Positions 58,072-64,000 of a stretch of 64,000 nucleotides of DNA are shown in pieces. Position numbers and translations under genes: made by a program. The notes beneath the pieces were generated by a model. The model saw only the letters and a program-made list of their open reading frames with translations. It had not been told where the DNA came from and did no database searches. The DNA is taken from assembly GCA_012517065.1 (NCBI GenBank), contig JAAYVR010000194.1:1438-65437 (forward strand), read 5' to 3'. This DNA comes from Verrucomicrobiota bacterium. Its GTDB lineage: Bacteria > Verrucomicrobiota > Verrucomicrobiia > Limisphaerales > J093. Position 1 is the stretch's first letter. The number at the start of each line of letters is the position of its first letter.

Positions 58072-58350
58072 CTATCCTGCGATCTGGAACCCGCGCAAGT
58101 TACCTTCAGCCGTTTCCCAATGTGTCTCTTCATGGCGTATAAAGCAAGCCAGCCCTGAATCGCGAATTGCCTGCTGGAAAGCCTCCAGCTCGGACCGGAC
58201 GCCTTCGGCCACAAGTTCCACCCTCCCATCCAGCAGGTTTCGCACCAGCCCTGTGACCTCGAAGCCCGTCGCCACTTCTTTCACAGTGTATCGGAACCCA
58301 ACCCCCTGCACTCGTCCCGAGTAAAAAACGTGCAATCTACAACTATTCAT
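58072..58350 (-). CDS. acyP: Acylphosphatase
   Basis: SGRVQGVGFR and GLVRNLLDGRVELVAEG signatures; ATG 58350 gives 92 aa. Confidence 0.9.
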   Translation of the reverse strand: MNSCRLHVFYSGRVQGVGFRYTVKEVATGFEVTGLVRNLLDGRVELVAEGVRSELEAFQQAIRDSGLACFIRHEETHWETAEGNLRGFQIAG

Positions 58351-58600
58351 TTGCCGCCAATATACGCCAACGTCAATCTGCAAAAACAGGCCGTCATATT
58401 GAACCCAATTGCACGCAAAGATGAAGCCATAATTTATCATTCTTGTGCAACGGTTTTGTTTTGTGCCGGACTGCGCGACGCCGCCATCCACCGAGCGCAC
58501 GAGTTAAACCGGGGGAATCCTGATCAAATTAATTGCCAACTTCGACGTCCTCCATTGTCTCGACGCGGAACGTAAGTTCGCGGTATTGTCCCTAATGCGA

Positions 58601-59491
58601 ATGCGCGCTTGCATTATATTCAATCCAACCGCGCGTGGCGACAAAGCCAAACGGTTTCGCCGCGAGCTGTCGCACATCGCGGGCGATTTGGTTCTCAGGC
58701 CGACAACACACGCCGGCGAAGCCACCATTCTGGCCCGCCAAGCCGTGGCCGAGGGCTTCGACACAATCATCGCAGCCGGCGGCGACGGAACCGTGAGCGA
58801 AATTGTCCACGGTATCGCCACAGCAGAATCTGGATTGGAACAAACGCGCATTGGGATCGTGCCCTTGGGAACGATGAACGTTCTCGCCCGCGAACTCAAC
58901 CTTCCACAAGACCTGCATTCGGCGTGGAACGTGCTGAAGACCGGGCGCGAAACGCGGGTTGATTTGCCCTGCGCCGAGTTTGGAACAGCGGCCCATAAAG
59001 AACGAAGGTTTTTCGTCCAACTCGCAGGAGCTGGTTTGGACGCTCGGGCTGTTGCCGCAGTGGATTGGGATTGGAAGAAACGGCTTGGACCTGTTGCCTA
59101 TCTGATGGCCGGATTGCGCGTTCTTATGACACACCGCCCGATCGTTCACGCCACAATTGGCAATGAGACCGCCGAAGGTGAACTGATTGTCATTGGCAAC
59201 GGGCGCTTTTACGGAGGGTCTGTTCCCATGTTCCCCCAAGGAAACATGCGCGACGGTTTGCTCGAGGTCCGCGTCGTACCAAGTGTCACAGTGTTTGCCA
59301 TCGCCCAATTCGCATGGGCCTGGCTTTGGAATCGCGGGTTCACCCTCAAAGGCGAGCGATTCCTCCGGGCGGCGGAGGTCGAGCTTACCAGCACCGACAA
59401 AGTGCCTTTCGAGGTTGACGGCGACAACGCTGGTTTCCTCCCGGTGCGCTTTTCTGTTCAGCGCGAAGCGTTGCGGATCATTGTTCCTTAG
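58601..59491 (+). CDS. Diacylglycerol/lipid kinase family protein (YegS/DAGKc)
   Basis: IFNPTA, AAGGDGTVSE, PLGTMNVLA, NGRFYGG, EVDGD. Confidence 0.92.
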   Translation: MRACIIFNPTARGDKAKRFRRELSHIAGDLVLRPTTHAGEATILARQAVAEGFDTIIAAGGDGTVSEIVHGIATAESGLEQTRIGIVPLGTMNVLARELNLPQDLHSAWNVLKTGRETRVDLPCAEFGTAAHKERRFFVQLAGAGLDARAVAAVDWDWKKRLGPVAYLMAGLRVLMTHRPIVHATIGNETAEGELIVIGNGRFYGGSVPMFPQGNMRDGLLEVRVVPSVTVFAIAQFAWAWLWNRGFTLKGERFLRAAEVELTSTDKVPFEVDGDNAGFLPVRFSVQREALRIIVP

Positions 59492-59606
59492 CCCGCATAT
59501 TTCCCAGCCCGGCGTAGCCGGAACCAAAGCCACCTGACGGACAACGCTCCCCCCGGCTCCTGCGCCCGCTCGGGCTGTCAGCCGCGCCGGGCTGGGAAAT
59601 TTGCCC
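59492..59606. mobile_element. MITE-like element family B
   Basis: CCCGCATATTTCCCAGCCCGGCG...CGCCGGGCTGGGAAATTTGCCC; starts immediately after the kinase stop (TTAG). Confidence 0.72.
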
Positions 59607-60366
59607 TGCGACTCAGTCGCAAGGAAGAGGGCGCTGATCCCAATGGTTTCTCTCTCGCTGCCGTGGATGCAGTGGGCGTTGGGAGACGCGAAGCGCTTGG
59701 ATGCAGCGGGCGTTGAAAGGCGCGAAGCGTTTGGAGTGCGGCAGCTCGCTGCCGCTTTGTCTTTATGCGCAAACAACGTGCCTGGAACCATATCGGCGTG
59801 ACACCGAAAACAACGTGTCTGTCCCCATATCGGTGCCATCGCGAGGAAAAGCACGCTGATCCCGATGGTTTCTCAAGCGCTGCAGTGGATGCACTACGCG
59901 TTGGTAGGCGCGAAGCGTTTGGAGTGCAGCAGCTCGCTGCCGCTTTGTCTTTATGCGCAAACATCGTGCCTGGAACCAGATCGGCATAGCGTACAAAACA
60001 GCGTGCCTGTCCCCATATCCCATATTCCCCATCAGCCCGATGACCGGTCATGCGACCTGTTTCGATCCCGAAAATCGGGCCACCGAACATACACCGGTTG
60101 GGGGCGGGCAAGAATGCCCGCGCTCCTGCACGCGCTGGAAAAGGCAACGGCGCTCGGGAGCGCGGCGGTCCTCGGCCGCATCAACCCGACGACCGACCCT
60201 AGGACCCGTTTGGATCGCGCAAATGCGGTGCCCGAACATTCACCGGCTGAGATGCGCAAACTGTGTGTCTGTCCCCATATCGGCATCCGAGGGATTCCTC
60301 CACAGACTTCGGTAGCTGCGGATTGGAACAAGGGACAATCTGCAACTTCGAGCCTGGCACACTATT
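59607..60366. repeat. Large REP mosaic with a ~188-bp tandem duplication and a second REP doublet
   Basis: TTGGAGTGCGGCAGCTCGCTGCCGCTTT at 59731 and a variant at 59919; three GTG(T/C)CTGTCCCC modules; GCGGGCAAGAATGCCCGCGCTCC and GGAGCGCGGCGGTCCTCGGCCGC at ~60104-60180. Confidence 0.85.
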
Positions 60367-60456
60367 TGTCGGGCGTTCAATTGACGCGGAAGCGCAAAGT
60401 GGCGGGCTGCGCGCCCTGCTTCATGCGGACCAGAGCCCTTAGACCGGGGAAATTGC

Positions 60457-61719
60457 CTAAAGACCGGGCGGAGGCGAGCCGAGCGCATCGGCAATCGCCA
60501 CCGCAAGAGCTTGCCGATGCTCAGGGCTCGCAATCAGGCGCGCGTCACGCAGGTTCGAGAGATAGCCGGCTTCGACAAGAACCGCTGGCCGGGTTTGGTT
60601 GCGCAGCACAGCCATGAACCGCGCACGACGCACGCCGCGGTCAACCGCGCCGGTGCGGCTGACCAGTGCACGCTGCAAACGAAATGCAACCCGGAGATTT
60701 GCTGTGTCATGCGCGTTGTTTGGGAAGACAACGGACGGATTCTCAGGCTGCCCACGCACAAGCGCTGAAGGCAATCCCGGCGGTGTCATGCAGTAGGTCT
60801 CGATTCCCGATTCGGTTGCGCGGCCGTTGGCATCGTTGAAATGCAGGCTGATGAACAGCCCTGCGCCAAGAGTGTCGGCCATCGCAACACGATTGCTCAA
60901 TGTTACGTCGGAGTCGTTGGTCCGCGTCAGGAAAACCGTCCATCCCTGATCTTCGAGGAGCGGCTTGAGCCGAAGCGCCAAATCCAAAGTGTATTCCTTT
61001 TCCCAATGGCCCGTAGCGATGTTTCTTGCTCCGGGATTGGAGCCGCCATGGCCGGGGTCGAGGACGATCACACGGTTTGTCACAGGGAGTTCCCCATTGT
61101 CGGTGAGCAGAGGCAACAGCGTTGATTGAATGTCCTGTCCGTGAACGCAGGGTTGACCACGGATGAACAAGGGCGCGTGTGCCAGCCAAACCTCGCATTT
61201 CTGCCACCGTGCCTGGTGGCGACCGAGCCTGACGTCAAGGGTGCCCATGGGGAACTTCAGGCTTGCCACGCAGTTGGTGCCTGCCATTGCCAGCACAGGG
61301 ATCGGTATCCCAATATCTGTCGCCCATTGCCGGACGTCGATCCAACCGTCGTATGAAAAGTTTGTGGCCGACACCCATTGCGGGGGTGCAGAAGCGGGTG
61401 GCAGAGCTGGCTCTCGGTTGGTTTGGTGAAGCGCTGGTTCCGCGGTTGCAACCGGTACAATCGGGCACGGCTTGGTCTGTTGGAGCGCTGTCACGCGGAC
61501 CGGGGTGTGTCGGCACCCAAGACCCAGCGCGATCGCTGCGCCACACGCCGTTATCTGTGCGGCCGCCGCCGAGAACCTGGTTAGCCATCGCAAGTAACAC
61601 GATGGTTCGAGACCCTTGCCTGCAACAGCTTCGTTCACCGATCTCAACTTGTTGTTTCCCGTAGGCAGCCCGGGCGCTTCGGGCAACGCGGCGCGACAAC
61701 TCGCCATCCCTGCAACCAA
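60457..61719 (-). CDS. N-acetylmuramoyl-L-alanine amidase (Amidase_3), probable lipoprotein; true start likely downstream of 61719
   Basis: LDPGHGG...EK, LTR, ISLHFN, VLVEAGYLSN; lipobox-like LGLGC. Confidence 0.88.
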   Translation of the reverse strand: MVAGMASCRAALPEAPGLPTGNNKLRSVNEAVAGKGLEPSCYLRWLTRFSAAAAQITACGAAIALGLGCRHTPVRVTALQQTKPCPIVPVATAEPALHQTNREPALPPASAPPQWVSATNFSYDGWIDVRQWATDIGIPIPVLAMAGTNCVASLKFPMGTLDVRLGRHQARWQKCEVWLAHAPLFIRGQPCVHGQDIQSTLLPLLTDNGELPVTNRVIVLDPGHGGSNPGARNIATGHWEKEYTLDLALRLKPLLEDQGWTVFLTRTNDSDVTLSNRVAMADTLGAGLFISLHFNDANGRATESGIETYCMTPPGLPSALVRGQPENPSVVFPNNAHDTANLRVAFRLQRALVSRTGAVDRGVRRARFMAVLRNQTRPAVLVEAGYLSNLRDARLIASPEHRQALAVAIADALGSPPPGL

Positions 61720-61811
61720 CGTTGGTTTCTCGATGGCATTGTTCGATTCCCGCAGCGCCCCGCCATGTCAGCAGATGCACCGCCCTCAGTACACACTTAT
61801 TCCAAACAAAC

Positions 61812-62975
61812 TCAAGTCTGGCTGCGTGGCGCAAGCGCAATCGCCTTGCCGGTCTGCGCATCAAAGAACCTTGCCCGCTGCATTTCGAATCGGACAAAGA
61901 TTCTCTCCTCAACAGCGGGGGCGCATTCCCGGGGCCACACTGCCACGCATCGCCATCCGCCAAGGCAGAGATACACATGCACCTGCGGACCGGTTGGTTC
62001 GACAAGTTCAACAATTGCCTCGACGGTTGTGCCCGTGGACGACGAGGCGTTGTTCAGCACGCGAACAATTCCTTCCGGTCGCAGTCCCATCACAAGCTCG
62101 TTTCCAACGTGTTTCGCCATGGCCGGAGCGATCGAGTTCGGAATCTGGCAACGCAGACATCGCGCGTGTGCTGTATCTGCGGCGCCGACAAACCTGAAGA
62201 TGAAGCCGTCCCGTTCCGGTACGACAGTGCCTCGGGCGAAGTTCATTGGTGGCCAGCCCAGGAAACCCGCAACAAAGGTGTTTGCGGGGTTTTCGTAAAG
62301 CTCGAGCGGTGCGCCAACTTGTTGAATTTGACCCGAGGCTATCACCGCCACGCGGTCGCCAAGCACAAGGGCTTCGGTTTGATCGTGTGTGACGTGGACA
62401 ATTGTTGTGTGTAAGCGCCTGTGAAGTTTCTTGAGTTCGACGCGCATCTGAGCGCGCATCGGAGTGTCAAGGTCTGAAAAGGGTTCATCGAGCAGCAGTG
62501 CTTTCGGGTGCCGCGCAATCGCGCGCGCAAGCGCCACACGCTGTTGTTCGCCGCCCGACAGAGTTTCCGGAAGCCTGGTTAGGAGTTTCGTTATGTCCAA
62601 CATTTCGCTCACATCCCGCACGCGCTGGTCGATTTCGCTTTTTGGAAGCCCGCGGAGCTTCAGTCCAAATGCGATGTTTTGCCAAACCATCAAATGCGGA
62701 TACAGGGCGTGGTTCTGAAAGACCATTGCGATGTCGCGGTCTTTGGGCGGGATTCCATTGACGGTTCTGCCGTTGATCGAAATTGTGCCGCTTGTTGGCT
62801 GCTCGAGGCCGGCAATGAGGCGAAGGGTTGTTGTCTTGCCCGATCCAGATGGCCCCAACAAAACCAGAAATTCGCCCTCACCAACCTCGAATGTCATGTC
62901 GCGCACGGCTTCCACACAGCGTCCCCGGGACATATGGAACGCTTTGCTGACGTGATCGAGTTGGATGGAGGCCAT
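61812..62975 (-). CDS. Carbohydrate ABC transporter ATP-binding protein (MalK/UgpC family)
   Basis: GPSGSGKTT, AMVFQNHALYPH, LSGGEQQR, DEPFSDLD, VTHDQ, FVAGFLG..PMN, TOBE region. Confidence 0.92.
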   Translation of the reverse strand: MASIQLDHVSKAFHMSRGRCVEAVRDMTFEVGEGEFLVLLGPSGSGKTTTLRLIAGLEQPTSGTISINGRTVNGIPPKDRDIAMVFQNHALYPHLMVWQNIAFGLKLRGLPKSEIDQRVRDVSEMLDITKLLTRLPETLSGGEQQRVALARAIARHPKALLLDEPFSDLDTPMRAQMRVELKKLHRRLHTTIVHVTHDQTEALVLGDRVAVIASGQIQQVGAPLELYENPANTFVAGFLGWPPMNFARGTVVPERDGFIFRFVGAADTAHARCLRCQIPNSIAPAMAKHVGNELVMGLRPEGIVRVLNNASSSTGTTVEAIVELVEPTGPQVHVYLCLGGWRCVAVWPRECAPAVEERIFVRFEMQRARFFDAQTGKAIALAPRSQT

Positions 62976-62980
62976 CCCTG

Positions 62981-63895
62981 CTAAATCTGGAAATCGGGGG
63001 CTGCAATGAGCTCTGACTTCGACAACACTTTCACGGTGGTACCTTCGGCCAGCACAAGCGAATTCGGCGGCACGCTCTGCGTTAGAAAGACGTTCGCCCC
63101 GATCGTGCTGCCAGTTCCAACCACGGTGTCGCCGCCCATGATGGTTGCCCCGGCGTAGATCGTGACGCGATCCTCGACTGTCGGATGCCGTTTTTGTCCT
63201 CGAAGCGCCTGGCCGGCGGCCAGCGACCTAGCCACCAAACCAACCCCTTGATACATTCGAACGTGATTCCCGATGCGGGTTGTTTCTCCGACCACCGTGC
63301 CGGTGCAGTGATCAACAAAGAAATGCGTTCCGATTTCCGCCCCCGGGTGCAGGTCCAAACCGGTTCGCCCATGTGCCCACTCTGTCATTATCCGCGGTAT
63401 GAGCGCAACCTGGTCAAGGTACAACTGATGCGCCATCCGCTGCACAGCAATTGCTTCAACAAACGGATAAGCCAATATCACCTCTTCCTTGCTCAGAGCC
63501 GCCGGATCGCCATTGTAAGCGGCTTCCATGTCTGTTTGCAGCATGGCGCGAACCTCCGGCAAACGCCTCATCAATCTGCAGCACAGTTCGCGCGCGTGGC
63601 CGCGCAAATCGCGGCGGCTCATTCCCTGCGGCGGCGCATATTCGAGGCTCCGCCTGATCTCGACCTCAAGCCGTCTAACCACGGAGCACAACAACGACTC
63701 GGTTTGCTTCTTGATCTCCGACGAATGCAGCGCCTTGTCGTCGAAATATCCCGGAAAAAGTAATCGCAGCAGGTCTTGTGTGATCTTCGCAATGGCACGC
63801 TTGGACGGCAGATTCTTGCCGTCGATGTGATTGATTCCCCCCACAGCCTTGTACGAAGCCAGGAGGGACTCGGTCAATTCTGCAACGACGTTCAC
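62981..63895 (-). CDS. cysE: Serine O-acetyltransferase (EpsC-like long form); track start 63940
   Basis: AAYNGDPAA, YP, RMAHQLY, DLHPGAEIG, DHCTGTVVGET, QGV, KRHPT hexapeptide region. Confidence 0.9.
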   Translation of the reverse strand: MNVVAELTESLLASYKAVGGINHIDGKNLPSKRAIAKITQDLLRLLFPGYFDDKALHSSEIKKQTESLLCSVVRRLEVEIRRSLEYAPPQGMSRRDLRGHARELCCRLMRRLPEVRAMLQTDMEAAYNGDPAALSKEEVILAYPFVEAIAVQRMAHQLYLDQVALIPRIMTEWAHGRTGLDLHPGAEIGTHFFVDHCTGTVVGETTRIGNHVRMYQGVGLVARSLAAGQALRGQKRHPTVEDRVTIYAGATIMGGDTVVGTGSTIGANVFLTQSVPPNSLVLAEGTTVKVLSKSELIAAPDFQI

Positions 63896-64000
63896 AGCGC
63901 TACTATTCCGCACCGCGACGCCAAACGCAAGGCGCTGCACCGGCGTCCCCGCCCTGGGCGCTGTTCCGCGTCACGCATGCAACCCCAACCACCTCAATCG

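Noticed and set aside
58592..60617. ORFs 58592-59854(-) and 59865-60617(+), and similar peptides at 21.2, 26.2-26.8 and 32.4-33.1 kb (KAAASCRTP / LECGSLLPL)
   Set aside because: These are translations of the REP mosaics and antisense shadows, not a protein family.

Overview
This is a GC-rich bacterial chromosomal segment. The taxonomy is most likely Verrucomicrobiota (Pedosphaera/Limisphaera-like); that is inferred from gene style and C-terminal 'FYRL' domains, not shown directly. Housekeeping genes (glcD-like oxidase, xerC, folC, pepP, GT9, acylphosphatase, lipid kinase, amidase, cysE) are interleaved with many secreted carbohydrate-active proteins (GH51, GH106, PL26-like, CE15 fusion, sulfatase, malectin protein), a crtQ/crtO-like pair and a MacAB-type ABC exporter. 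The main accessory region is a ~13 kb candidate defence island at ~5.4-18.3 kb. It holds a GHKL/sacsin-ATPase + SF2 helicase gene split by one in-frame TGA, an internally deleted ISL3 remnant, and a translationally coupled 3-gene operon (DPLG-motif unknown protein, double-HxK PLD nuclease, SNF2-like helicase; Azaca-like architecture). Several decayed genes follow it. Intergenic DNA carries two MITE-like inverted-repeat families, one with a fixed 33-bp spacer, and modular REP mosaics. I saw no tRNA, rRNA or CRISPR array. All family assignments come from motifs read by eye; no database searches were run.
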